This document shows positions 54,017 to 63,488 of a stretch of DNA of 64,000 bases, in pieces. The stretch spans positions 202,626 through 266,625 of the forward strand of contig JAOZFG010000004.1 of the NCBI GenBank assembly GCA_027491435.1, read 5' to 3'. Within the stretch, counting starts at the first letter, position 1. Every line of letters begins with the position of its first letter. The position numbers and the translations under genes are program-made. This DNA comes from Thermoproteota archaeon (lineage in GTDB: Archaea > Korarchaeota > Korarchaeia > Korarchaeales > Korarchaeaceae). The notes beneath the pieces are model-generated. The model saw nothing but the letters and a program-made list of their open reading frames with translations, was not told where the DNA came from and ran no database searches.

Positions 54017-55099
54017 ATGATGTTAGGAGAAGACTTATCCTTTGAGGTCAACAGGTGCATATCCTGCGGAGCCTGTAATATAGTCTGTCCTCTTTTCATA
54101 GTCACCGGCTTTCAGGAAACGGCCGGCCCAAGGGCTAGGCTCAGGCTTCTATCCATGGTGAACACGGGCGCCCTGGAATTCTCAGTCGAGTTCCTAGAGT
54201 ACCTTTATGATTGCATGTCCTGTGGTAAGTGTAACGAAGCTTGCCCCGTGGAATTGAAGATCTCCGACCTAATAGTCAAGGTCAGGGAGTTCTTCATAGG
54301 CCAAGGGTACGTGCCCCCCTTCAACATAGTTCAGCTCCCCAGAAAGGTTAAGGACTCCAACTCATTCTTCGGGGATTCTCAGGCGAAGGGAGTCTGGTTG
54401 CCTCCGGACTTCAAGCCGGAGAAGGCTTCCATCCTGTACTACGCGGGTTGCTGGGCTCAGGAGTACCCTGAGATACCCCTATCCTCCTTCGAGCTGATAA
54501 AGAGGGTAGAGGGGAACGTCACCACCTTGGGTTATGAGGAGCCGTGCTCAGGCCGCATACTTGAGATGGCCGGTTACTCCGACGTCGTTGAGGAGATTAG
54601 GCCCAGGCTTGTTGAGAGGGTGAGGGAAGTCTCCCCAGAGAAGGTGGTATCCTCTTGTAGCGTCAGCGTCAGGGCTTTCAAGTTTATGGGCCTTGAAGCA
54701 ACTTCTCTCTCTAACTTCCTGCTGGAGGCCCTGAGATCAGGGAAGATAAAGCTGAAGCAACCCATCAGGTTGAGAAAGCACAAGGTGTCCGTTATACCAT
54801 CTTGCCAGAGCGAATGGGAGGCCAAGGAGATAGTGGAGATGGTAGAAGGGGAGAATTTTACAGAGCTTCCCGACTGGGCGTGTTGCGATTGTGGGGCGGT
54901 GCTCTCTTCTCTACTTGACGGGAGCTCATTCAATAAGTGGGCGGAGAGGGTGCTGAAGGAGGCCAAGGAGAGGCAGGTCAACGTACTTGTAGTAGAGGAA
55001 CCATCATGCTTTGGGCTTATAACAAAATATATCAATGAGAATAAGGTAAAGGGGATAAAGATTATACCATTATCCCAGTTTATACTTAATAGAACTTAA
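54017..55099 (+). CDS. Fe-S oxidoreductase, GlcF/HdrD-like
   Basis: Two CxxCxxCxxxCP motifs plus degenerate CCG domains. Confidence 0.85.
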   Translation: MMLGEDLSFEVNRCISCGACNIVCPLFIVTGFQETAGPRARLRLLSMVNTGALEFSVEFLEYLYDCMSCGKCNEACPVELKISDLIVKVREFFIGQGYVPPFNIVQLPRKVKDSNSFFGDSQAKGVWLPPDFKPEKASILYYAGCWAQEYPEIPLSSFELIKRVEGNVTTLGYEEPCSGRILEMAGYSDVVEEIRPRLVERVREVSPEKVVSSCSVSVRAFKFMGLEATSLSNFLLEALRSGKIKLKQPIRLRKHKVSVIPSCQSEWEAKEIVEMVEGENFTELPDWACCDCGAVLSSLLDGSSFNKWAERVLKEAKERQVNVLVVEEPSCFGLITKYINENKVKGIKIIPLSQFILNRT

Positions 55100-56455
55100 T
55101 TTCTTTGTGAGGGGGCTGACCCTCAACGGGGCCCCGGGCCCTACGTATATAAACCCGGCCTCCTCAGCCTCCCTTCTGGTAAACATCATCCTCCCATCGA
55201 AAAGGACAGCCACTCCGTTGCCAATTATCTCCCTATATTTCTTAAGGTTCGTGTACTTGAACACGTCGTGGTCAGCCAAGAAGGCCACGGCCACTGAACC
55301 CTCAAGGGCCTCCTCTAAGTTCTCCGCCTTGGGGGCGCCGAACGACTCTTCGGTGAACGGGTCGTAAACAACTACTTCCATGCCCCTCTCCATAAGCCTC
55401 CTTATAAAGTCCCTGGCAGGCGACTCCCTGGTGTCCGACACGTTTCCCTTATAGGTCACCCCCAAGACCGCCACCTTCCCTCTCTTAATGCCCAGTATGG
55501 AGAGGGCCTTTATCAGCTGGTCAGCGCTGTACAAAGGCATCTCGTCATTTATCCTTCTAGACTCTAGTATTACCCTAGGCTCGAAGCCTCTGTCCGTGCT
55601 GGCCCAGTAGAGGAACAGTGGATCCTTCGTCAGACAGCTCCCGCCCACTCCTACTCCAGGCCTTAACATGTTGACCCTGGGGTGCTTGTTAGCGAGCTCT
55701 ATCACTCTGTGGACGTCTATTCCTAGGACGTCGCATATTCTAGCCACTTCGTTGGCGAAAGCTATGTTAACATCCCTGAAAGAGTTCTCCACAAGCTTTA
55801 CCACCTCAACTACCCTGACGTCCTCCAGTATTATCTCCCCTTCCACGAAGTAGCTGTAAAGCAGCCTGGTGGCCTCTCCAGAGTACCTATCGAGGGAACC
55901 TATTATCCTGTAATTCTCCCTCAGCTCCCTTATCAGCTTGCCGGGGAGGGCTCTCTCTGGGCAGTAAGACATGAACAGATCAACTCCTACCTTGAAACCC
56001 CTCCTCTCCGCTCTCCTAACCAAAGAGTCGAAAGTGCCAGGTGGGAGGGTGCTCTCTACCACTATTAGGCCTCCTCTGCCTACCGACTCTAAAGCCGTGT
56101 CGAATGCTGAGAGGAGCATGGACAAGTTGGGCCCGTCCTTAGATTTCGGGGTGGGCACAGCAATTATTATGACGTCCGAGCCCTTAACGTCCTCAGCCTT
56201 AGAGGTGGGTCGGTATCTCTCAGCCACTAAATTCCTTTTGAGCATGTCCTCTAGCCCGTCCTCTTGGAAGGGCGTCTTACCCTTACTTAGTAGGTCTATA
56301 AGCCTCTCGTTTATATCGTACCCTATCACCTTAAATCCGGAGTCAGCTATTAGGAGGGCGGTCGGCAGGCCTATGTAACCCTGGCCCACGACAGATACCT
56401 TAGCCGTCTTCCTGCTGATCTTCCCTATTAAGCCAGGCTCCCCTGGAATGGTCAT
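55070..56455 (-). CDS. Nucleotide-sugar dehydrogenase (UDP-ManNAc/GlcNAc dehydrogenase, WecC-like)
   Basis: GQGYIGLP, VPTP, ESTLPPG, CPER, KLVENSFRDVNIA and GGSCLTKD motifs. Confidence 0.9.
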   Translation of the reverse strand: MTIPGEPGLIGKISRKTAKVSVVGQGYIGLPTALLIADSGFKVIGYDINERLIDLLSKGKTPFQEDGLEDMLKRNLVAERYRPTSKAEDVKGSDVIIIAVPTPKSKDGPNLSMLLSAFDTALESVGRGGLIVVESTLPPGTFDSLVRRAERRGFKVGVDLFMSYCPERALPGKLIRELRENYRIIGSLDRYSGEATRLLYSYFVEGEIILEDVRVVEVVKLVENSFRDVNIAFANEVARICDVLGIDVHRVIELANKHPRVNMLRPGVGVGGSCLTKDPLFLYWASTDRGFEPRVILESRRINDEMPLYSADQLIKALSILGIKRGKVAVLGVTYKGNVSDTRESPARDFIRRLMERGMEVVVYDPFTEESFGAPKAENLEEALEGSVAVAFLADHDVFKYTNLKKYREIIGNGVAVLFDGRMMFTRREAEEAGFIYVGPGAPLRVSPLTKKLSSIKYKLG

Positions 56456-56539
56456 TTTACATCGTGGTAAACTGGAATATCAGGGGATAAAGGGTACCCC
56501 TGAAAACTTAGAAATCGACAGAAAATGAGGTTAAAGAGC

Positions 56540-56743
56540 TCAAACCAGGGTTCCCTGGAGCTCCCTTACCTTTAATCTCGTGATATAACCGGCAATTCTG
56601 TTCCTGTAGACCTTAGATTTGATTTCAGCTATCTCGGACAACACCTTCTTGTTATGCTCGAAATCGGTGGTCCAGAGGTTCGGATACTCCTTTACCAGCT
56701 TATAGGCAGTCCTCTTTATTATCTTCTCCCTCACAGTCCCCAT
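56540..56743 (-). CDS. rps17e: 30S ribosomal protein S17e
   Basis: MGTVR...DFEHNKK...RNRIAGYIT. Confidence 0.96.
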   Translation of the reverse strand: MGTVREKIIKRTAYKLVKEYPNLWTTDFEHNKKVLSEIAEIKSKVYRNRIAGYITRLKVRELQGTLV

Positions 56744-56885
56744 GCTTTCACCACGGGGTAGTGTGGACAAGGACGTTAATAAGCTTTCCCACTAGGAGGA
56801 ACCTAATCTGGGCCCTAAGTGCTTGAGCACTGGTATTTAACCTTTTATTTTTCAGTTCGGAGCAGCTAGCGGAAGGTGGCTTTTA

Positions 56886-57836
56886 ATGGGAAAGTACTTG
56901 AGATCTCTACTTGAGCCCTTTGGAGGCTTAAGGGAGGACGAGAGGTTTTTGGACCTAATCTTCACAAATCAAAAGTTGATCGAGTTGATGAAACCTCTCA
57001 ACTCGTTCTCACAGCTAGTCTCATCTCTAGACGAAGAGACCAAAACTCTGGCCAGGGAGTACCTCAGGCTTAGGAGGGAGAGCCTCCAAAACGCGGATAA
57101 ACTCGTTAAGAAGGCGTGTGAGAACGTGGAAGAAAATAAGGGGCACTGTTACACTGCTAAGGATAGGGAGGAGGCCAGAAAGATAATAGGGGAGGTTGTA
57201 GGTGAAGGGGTGGTTGTAAGATCCTTAGACTTGACCGTCGAGGAGGTTAACGTGGACTTAGCCCTAAAGGAGAACGAGGTGGTAGAGTCTTTCCTACCCT
57301 CCCTAGCCGAGAGGTTAAGTAAAGCTGGGTATAACGTCGGCAGTCCCATGGGTAAAGGCCTGTTATCCTTCATCAGGGAGAAGCTGTACGAGGCCCATGC
57401 GGGCATCACAGGGGTTACGGCCTTCGCCGCCGACCCCGGATCTATGTTCATAGTCTCAGACACCGGGCTGGATAGGCTGGCGTCTATGACCCCCTTGATT
57501 CACGTAGCCATAGTTGGGTACGATGAGGTGCTCCCCAGCTACTCTGATGCCTTCAAGGTTTCGGAGTTTGTAGTGAGGGCTACTAACTCCCTGTACCTGG
57601 GGGTGATAGGAGGGCCCAGCAAGACGGGCGATATAGAGAAGAGGGTGACCTACGGAGCCCACGGGCCCAAAGAGGTTCACGTCATATTCCTGGATGACGG
57701 AAGGACCAACGCCGAGGAGGACAGGGTGAGCTGCCTGAGGGTGGGCAAGCTGCCCTTTGTGAGCACCTATCAAACTTGGAAAAAGATGATCGGAGAGGGT
57801 GGGGAGTGGGGGGAGGAGTGCAAGGTGAACTCATAA
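56886..57836 (+). CDS. LUD-domain protein (LutB/LutC-like) without ferredoxin domain
   Basis: GPSKTGDIEK...GAHGPKEVHVI motif. Confidence 0.85.
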   Translation: MGKYLRSLLEPFGGLREDERFLDLIFTNQKLIELMKPLNSFSQLVSSLDEETKTLAREYLRLRRESLQNADKLVKKACENVEENKGHCYTAKDREEARKIIGEVVGEGVVVRSLDLTVEEVNVDLALKENEVVESFLPSLAERLSKAGYNVGSPMGKGLLSFIREKLYEAHAGITGVTAFAADPGSMFIVSDTGLDRLASMTPLIHVAIVGYDEVLPSYSDAFKVSEFVVRATNSLYLGVIGGPSKTGDIEKRVTYGAHGPKEVHVIFLDDGRTNAEEDRVSCLRVGKLPFVSTYQTWKKMIGEGGEWGEECKVNS

Positions 57837-58997
57837 CTTCTCCATGAGCCTCTTCCTTATTTCCCTCAGCACCTTCGGCTGATCTATCTTCATGGGACAG
57901 GCCTCCTTACACCTCCCGCACAGTAGGCAGGCGAAAGCATGATAGGAGGCCTGAACCTCATCCTCGGTTATGTACTCCCACATGACCCCTATCCCGCCTG
58001 AGTATGCCGAGCTGAGGCCAGCCCAGAATCCCCCAACAACTCCGAATACGGGGCACATGTACTGGCAGGCTCCACACCTAAGGCAGTACAACGTCTCCTT
58101 TAACACGGGGTCTTTAGAGGCATTAAGCCTCCCATTGTCGAGGAAGATCACATGATACTCTTTGGGCCCTAAGTCATTCTCAGCAGCTGGACCTCTGACC
58201 AGGCTTACGTAGGAGGTCACCTTGTAGCCTCCGAACCTGGTTATCACCTCAACAACTTTCCAGGCATCCTCCATGGTCGGGACCACCTTCTCCATCCCCA
58301 CCACAGCTATGTGCTTCTCAGGCAACGAAATGCTCAGCCTTATGTTGGATTCGTTCTCTATCAGGAAGAGCCCCCCATCGGCCGAGAAGACGTTGGCCCC
58401 GCTTATGCCCACGTCTGCCCTGAAGTACTTGTCCCTGAGGAACTTCCTGACCAGAGCTACCATGCCCTCTATGTCGTCCTTGTCAACCTCCACCTTCATG
58501 AACTCCCTCAGGAACTCGGCAACCTTCTCCCTGGTTATGTGAATGGCAGGGGAGATGAAGTGCATAGGCTTGGTCTTGAGGAACTGTATCAGGAACTCCC
58601 CTAAGTCCGTCTCGTAGACCTCATTCCCCATCTCTATGAGGTACTCCCTGAGCTTTAACTCCTCCGTGGTCATGCTCTTCGCCTTCACAATAGTTTTACC
58701 CGTCCCCACAACTTCTCCTATTATCCTCCTGGCCTCATCGGCAGTCTTAGCCACGTAGGCCCTACCGCCCTGCCTTTCAACGCTTTCTACAGCCATATTC
58801 ACGAGCTCTTCCATCCTGGCCACGGAATCCTCCTTTATCCTCCTGACCTCCTCGGCAAGATCGAGCACGTAAGGGTACCTTTCCAGCACGGCCTTCCTCT
58901 TCTTCCAGTAGGAGGATATCCCCCTATCTAAACCAGTCCTGAGGACAGGATCTCTGCTGGCCTTAACTAGAAGCTTACTAACGTCTGAAATGTCCAT
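57831..58997 (-). CDS. LutB-like LUD plus 2x[4Fe-4S] protein
   Basis: KSMTTEE, ETDLGE, PAIH, NESN, CLRCGACxxxCP and CLLCGRCxxxCP motifs. Confidence 0.9.
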   Translation of the reverse strand: MDISDVSKLLVKASRDPVLRTGLDRGISSYWKKRKAVLERYPYVLDLAEEVRRIKEDSVARMEELVNMAVESVERQGGRAYVAKTADEARRIIGEVVGTGKTIVKAKSMTTEELKLREYLIEMGNEVYETDLGEFLIQFLKTKPMHFISPAIHITREKVAEFLREFMKVEVDKDDIEGMVALVRKFLRDKYFRADVGISGANVFSADGGLFLIENESNIRLSISLPEKHIAVVGMEKVVPTMEDAWKVVEVITRFGGYKVTSYVSLVRGPAAENDLGPKEYHVIFLDNGRLNASKDPVLKETLYCLRCGACQYMCPVFGVVGGFWAGLSSAYSGGIGVMWEYITEDEVQASYHAFACLLCGRCKEACPMKIDQPKVLREIRKRLMEKL

Positions 58998-59001
58998 ACG
59001 A

Positions 59002-59952
59002 TCACCCCAAAAACTCGGCAAGGTCCAGGACCTCCATACCCAGCTTGCCAGCCTCCCTTCCCAGGTTTGTCAGGCATATCGGGCACATGACCACTACCCT
59101 GTTAGCCCCCGTCTCCTTGAGCTCGTGGAGCCTCTTCTCGGCTATAGTAGAGGCTAATGTGGGGAACAGAGACTCAATGGGTCCACCACAACATCCCGTG
59201 AACTTCTTAGTAAACTCGGGCTCCCTGACCTCAACGCTCATGGACTCCAGTAGGCTCCTGGGCTCCTCAAGTATTCCGTTCCACCTCGCTAAGTAGCATG
59301 GATCATGTATGGCCACCACTCCCCCCTTAGGACTCCCCCTGTAGCCCTTGCTGTGTAAGAGCTCTAGGTAATGGACTACCTCAACGTTCCAATCGTCTAC
59401 GAACTCGGGGATCAGTTGCCTGAGAGAGTAGGTGGTGTGAGGATCGACCGTGATAACTCTCTTAGCTCCGGAAGCCTTTATCTTGTCAGCTATCCTCATG
59501 GCTTGAACCTCGAAGAGCTTGTCCATCCCCAAGTCGTGGTAAAGCACGCCGTTGTATGGCTCTTCCCTGAGGTAAGCAAACTCCACGCCTGCCTGCCTCA
59601 AAGAGGTCGCTATGTTCCTGAGTATCCTGTGGTACCTCTCCTTGCTAACCCCTATCATCAAGATTTTTGATAAATCAATCCCGATCCTTCTGAGTCCTAT
59701 AGTTAATTTGAGGGACACGCTGAAAATCGTCCCCCCTAATGACTCGAGCTTCTTCAACATTTTGGAGAAGGACTCTATATAAGGAACCATCTGGTAGAGA
59801 CATCCGGTGTAGAGGAGGGTCTCCCCCCTCTCCGGCAGGTTAAGCCCCCTAGCCCACTCTGAGCAGCTGGATTCCCTAACCCCCAGGGGATTCCAGGTCC
59901 TTTTAGCGTTATCCTCCAGCAGGGTTTTTACCGCCTTGAGGCTCATCAACAC
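59002..59952 (-). CDS. CCG-domain Fe-S protein (LutA/GlcF-like)
   Basis: YTGC, HDPCYLAR, CCGG and CPIC motifs. Confidence 0.85.
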   Translation of the reverse strand: MLMSLKAVKTLLEDNAKRTWNPLGVRESSCSEWARGLNLPERGETLLYTGCLYQMVPYIESFSKMLKKLESLGGTIFSVSLKLTIGLRRIGIDLSKILMIGVSKERYHRILRNIATSLRQAGVEFAYLREEPYNGVLYHDLGMDKLFEVQAMRIADKIKASGAKRVITVDPHTTYSLRQLIPEFVDDWNVEVVHYLELLHSKGYRGSPKGGVVAIHDPCYLARWNGILEEPRSLLESMSVEVREPEFTKKFTGCCGGPIESLFPTLASTIAEKRLHELKETGANRVVVMCPICLTNLGREAGKLGMEVLDLAEFLG

Positions 59953-60334
59953 ATCGCCCAGTCCCCAGTGAGGGTAAAAATAATAATCGCTTCTTTCAAC
60001 GCCATCCTAGTCAGGTTGGAAACCCATATAGTGTCAGAGAAGTTCGCTATTTCCTTAATATACAATAATTCTCTCACCTTATCGCCTATTACTAACCAGT
60101 TTTGTAGTAAAAATCAATTTCATGTTATAAACTATTACTTCAGCAGACTCTAATATAACCGCTTAACCTTATCATAAATTGCCGGTTATTCATCTAAAGG
60201 TAACGGGATTATCGTAGATTTAATTATAGGGTTGTAACTTTACCGCCTTTTGACGGTCAATTGGGTGGACATCCTGCAGTCAGGGAGCCAACTACGATTT
60301 TAACTTTTTTAATGAGCGGTTCTACTGTGTACCC

Positions 60335-60805
60335 GTGTCAAGACATAAGGGAAAAACAGGAAAACTGGATGAGCTAGACCTGAACATACTCAAGATACTT
60401 CAGAGGAATTCACGGGAATCATTTTCCGAAATATCCAAGAAGTTGGGCGTTCCTGAGGCCACCATCAGGTACAGGGTCAAAAAGTTAGTTAACTCTGGCG
60501 TGATAAAGGGTTTCTACGCCTTAATCGATCCCAGGAAAGTGGGCCTGCCATTCTCCATGATCATATTGATAGATACAGATCCGGGTCACCTGGATGATAT
60601 ATTCGAGAAACTAAAATCCATGCCCGAGACGAGCCACGCGTTCAGACTGACCGGCAAGTACAACGTCGTAGCGATATTTCATGCTAGAGACATGGAACAC
60701 GTTAACATGATAAACGAAAGGGTTAGGTCTTTCAAGGGAATAAGGTCTGTCGAGACGCTGCTAGTCACGGGCCTGGTCTACATAAACCCTGAGCTACCTC
60801 TTTAA
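60335..60805 (+). CDS. Lrp/AsnC family transcriptional regulator
   Basis: LDELDLNILKILQ HTH, GVIKGF and LTGKYN RAM domain. Confidence 0.93.
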   Translation: MSRHKGKTGKLDELDLNILKILQRNSRESFSEISKKLGVPEATIRYRVKKLVNSGVIKGFYALIDPRKVGLPFSMIILIDTDPGHLDDIFEKLKSMPETSHAFRLTGKYNVVAIFHARDMEHVNMINERVRSFKGIRSVETLLVTGLVYINPELPL

Positions 60806-60833
60806 GTATAACCGGTCGTACCGCTGGATAGGA

Positions 60834-62216
60834 ATGAAAAGTAAAACCAAGATAGTGGCGACCATAGGGCCCTCCTCAGAGAGTAAAGAGGTAATTGCCG
60901 CCATGATAAGGGAGGGCATGTCCGTTGCCAGGATGAACTTCTCCCATGGCACCCTTGAGGAGAAAGTGAGGCACATAAGGGCTGTGAAGGAGGCCTCTGC
61001 AGAGATGGGCGCGACAGTTGGACTCATGTCGGACCTTCAGGGTCCCGAGGTAAGGACTCATATGGGCAGGAAGGAGCTTAAGGTGAACGAGGGAGACGTG
61101 GTAACGGTCTCGGGCAAAGAGGGATACGGCGAAATAAAGATAAAGCCCTCCAGCGTCTTAGCCGAAGTCCAAGAGGGAGATGAGCTCTACATAGATGGAG
61201 GTAAAATAGTCCTTCTAGTTAAGGAGAAGGAGGAAGGGCTGCTTAAGTGTGAGGTCGTGCACGGAGGCGTTATAAAGGATAGGAGGTCCGTGCACTCCTC
61301 TAGGACGTTCAACCTGAGGGGGCTCACGGAGGAGGACAAAGAGGCCATAAAGGTTTCAATAGCCGAGGGCGTGGACTTCATAGCACTGTCTTTTGTGAAG
61401 ACTCCCGAGGACGTCTTAGAGGCCAAAGAGTTCATGAAATCGCTAACTGATGACCCTCCAGAGATAATAGCTAAAATAGAAACCGAAGAGGCCGTTAAGA
61501 ACATAAAGGGAATACTTGAGGAATCTTACGGTATCATGGTCGCCAGAGGCGACCTGGGAGTAGAAATCCCCCTTCAGGAGGTCCCTAACGTTCAGAAGAA
61601 GCTAATAAGACTGGCCAATGAGTACGCCAAACCGGTTATAACGGCTACTGAAATGCTGGAGTCGATGACATCCAGCCCAGTGCCTACTAGAGCTGAGGTT
61701 ACTGACGTGTTCAACGCCATACTGGACGGCAGCGACGCTGTGATGCTATCTGCCGAGACGGCGGTAGGCAAGTACCCAGTCCTGAGCGTAAGGTGGATGA
61801 GGCTAATAGCCTTGGAAGCTGAGAAGAGGTTAGAAGCTAAACTAGACTACCCCATAGATAGGGTAGATGCGTTCATAGGTAAGGCCGCCGTAGAGGCGGC
61901 TGAGCTCCTGAAAAGTCCTCTCATAGCCTGTTTCACTTACTCAGGATTCACCGCTAGAAACGTGGTTAGACACAGGCCTAAGGCCAGGATACTGGCCTTA
62001 GTCAGTAGGGAGAGGACCAAGAGAATTCTAACGATAAGCTGGGGCGTGGAGTCCATTGAAGTTGGTGAGGAAGAGGAGCTAGCAGTACGACAGGCCATAC
62101 AGTACGGCATGAGGGAAGGGTTCCTGAGGGAGGGAGACAAACTGGTTCTGACGATGGGTTACCCACACGGTAAGGCCAAGACGAACACTCTAAGGATAAT
62201 TGAAGTGACCAAATAG
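60834..62216 (+). CDS. pyk: Pyruvate kinase
   Basis: TKIVATIGP, RMNFSHG, AKIE, MVARGDLG and MLSAETAVG motifs. Confidence 0.97.
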   Translation: MKSKTKIVATIGPSSESKEVIAAMIREGMSVARMNFSHGTLEEKVRHIRAVKEASAEMGATVGLMSDLQGPEVRTHMGRKELKVNEGDVVTVSGKEGYGEIKIKPSSVLAEVQEGDELYIDGGKIVLLVKEKEEGLLKCEVVHGGVIKDRRSVHSSRTFNLRGLTEEDKEAIKVSIAEGVDFIALSFVKTPEDVLEAKEFMKSLTDDPPEIIAKIETEEAVKNIKGILEESYGIMVARGDLGVEIPLQEVPNVQKKLIRLANEYAKPVITATEMLESMTSSPVPTRAEVTDVFNAILDGSDAVMLSAETAVGKYPVLSVRWMRLIALEAEKRLEAKLDYPIDRVDAFIGKAAVEAAELLKSPLIACFTYSGFTARNVVRHRPKARILALVSRERTKRILTISWGVESIEVGEEEELAVRQAIQYGMREGFLREGDKLVLTMGYPHGKAKTNTLRIIEVTK

Positions 62217-62398
62217 GTAACCAACAGCTTCCTAACTTGGAGCGAAGTCTCCTGGAAAGGAGGGTGGGGGATGTCCAACTATAGGGCATGGGAATCTAAC
62301 GGTATTTTAGAAGTGATCGAGAGGGACCATTTAAAGACCTTTGACGAGTCAGTAGCATTTCACTAAGGCAATGCATCAGTTAAAGCGCTGAAAATGCG

Positions 62399-62947
62399 CT
62401 AAGGCGGGACGTAAACGTAGATCGACTTGACGGCTCCAGGGCCAATTACCATCACCGTGAACATCTCATTTGGGTCCTGGGCCATTCCGGGGTAATAGAT
62501 GGCCCACATCTCCCCTGGATCTAGGTCTGGGGATACGTCATCCCCGCCAACGGTTTTAGCACAAGTGGTCCAGAGATCCCTGTTCCCATAAAGTCCAGTC
62601 TCGTTTCTGACCATGACAGGCCACCTCACCAGCGGGCCTCCTGTGTACCAACAAGTCCCGGGGTTGTCATCCTTTATTGTAGTCCTGGGTATTGGTCGAT
62701 CTCCCTCGTTTACCACGTAAACTGCTAGAGCCGGCCCATATGATGAATAGCCAGGGTAGCTATCATCGTAAGGGTTTACGTTAACTATTTTTAGCTTGTA
62801 ATTCGGGGAGGTAGAGGGAGTCATACCCAGTATACCGAATATGTAGGTGCCAGCTGGAGTAAAAGCCATTATGACGAGCATCACTCCAAGGACAAGTATT
62901 AGAGATTCAGCAACTAACTTCGAGATCCCAGCCCTCAAAAACATCAC
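62399..62947 (-). CDS. Type IV pilin/archaellin-like protein (class III signal peptide)
   Basis: LRAG|ISKLVAESLILVLGV hydrophobic N-terminal helix; later YVVNEG motif. Confidence 0.7.
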   Translation of the reverse strand: MMFLRAGISKLVAESLILVLGVMLVIMAFTPAGTYIFGILGMTPSTSPNYKLKIVNVNPYDDSYPGYSSYGPALAVYVVNEGDRPIPRTTIKDDNPGTCWYTGGPLVRWPVMVRNETGLYGNRDLWTTCAKTVGGDDVSPDLDPGEMWAIYYPGMAQDPNEMFTVMVIGPGAVKSIYVYVPP

Positions 62948-62948
62948 C

Positions 62949-63488
62949 TCACGGCGAGTATAGGTAATTGGCTTGAGTACCTTCTGGCCCGCTTACCTCT
63001 ACTTTTATTGAGATAGTCTTGGGATTCGCTAACTCTAAACTCCACAGAACCCATATCTCCACATGGTTGAAGTCGTAATAGTTGCCTGAATCGTACCAGG
63101 CGGCCACTAAGTAGTGCTGAGCAGCGTACCTGCCGGTGGAGTTTTCAATCACTATAAGCCATTTACTCTCAGCTCCTGGTCCCCCAATTCCTGTCAGGTC
63201 CTTGGGTCCGACGTTCATTACATAAATCCACATTGCAGGCCTGTCAAGCAGATAGGACCTCAGAGCTGGATCGTTACAGGGCCATTCAGTTGAAGTCTCG
63301 GTGCATATGGGCCTACTGGGATCCACACCTATTATCTCAATCCTAGTGGAGCCCGTGAGCGAGCTTGTTTTAGCGTAGGATCCTAATATGTAGCCACCAA
63401 GAGGTGTAAACATCATTAATACAAAGAAGGTCACCATGACCACTAGTATCACTTCCACGACTGCCCTGGAAAGCCCTGCTCTTTTCAA
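62949..63488 (-). CDS. Type IV pilin/archaellin-like protein (class III signal peptide)
   Basis: TTG 63488 after GGTGA SD gives MKRAG|LSRAVVEVILVV; later YVMNVG motif; paralog of the neighbouring gene. Confidence 0.7.
   Translation of the reverse strand: MKRAGLSRAVVEVILVVMVTFFVLMMFTPLGGYILGSYAKTSSLTGSTRIEIIGVDPSRPICTETSTEWPCNDPALRSYLLDRPAMWIYVMNVGPKDLTGIGGPGAESKWLIVIENSTGRYAAQHYLVAAWYDSGNYYDFNHVEIWVLWSLELANPKTISIKVEVSGPEGTQANYLYSP

Noticed and set aside
59968-60153. 61-aa ORF in the intergenic region before lrp
   Set aside because: AT-rich with atypical composition; more likely divergent promoter DNA
119-62289. Numerous short antisense or alternate-frame ORFs in the track
   Set aside because: They lie within well-supported genes and are mostly Ser/Pro/Thr-rich shadows of host codon bias
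62271-62366. 31-aa ORF (MSNYRAWESNG...) with G-rich SD after pyk
   Set aside because: Too short, with no recognisable motif; cannot be distinguished from chance
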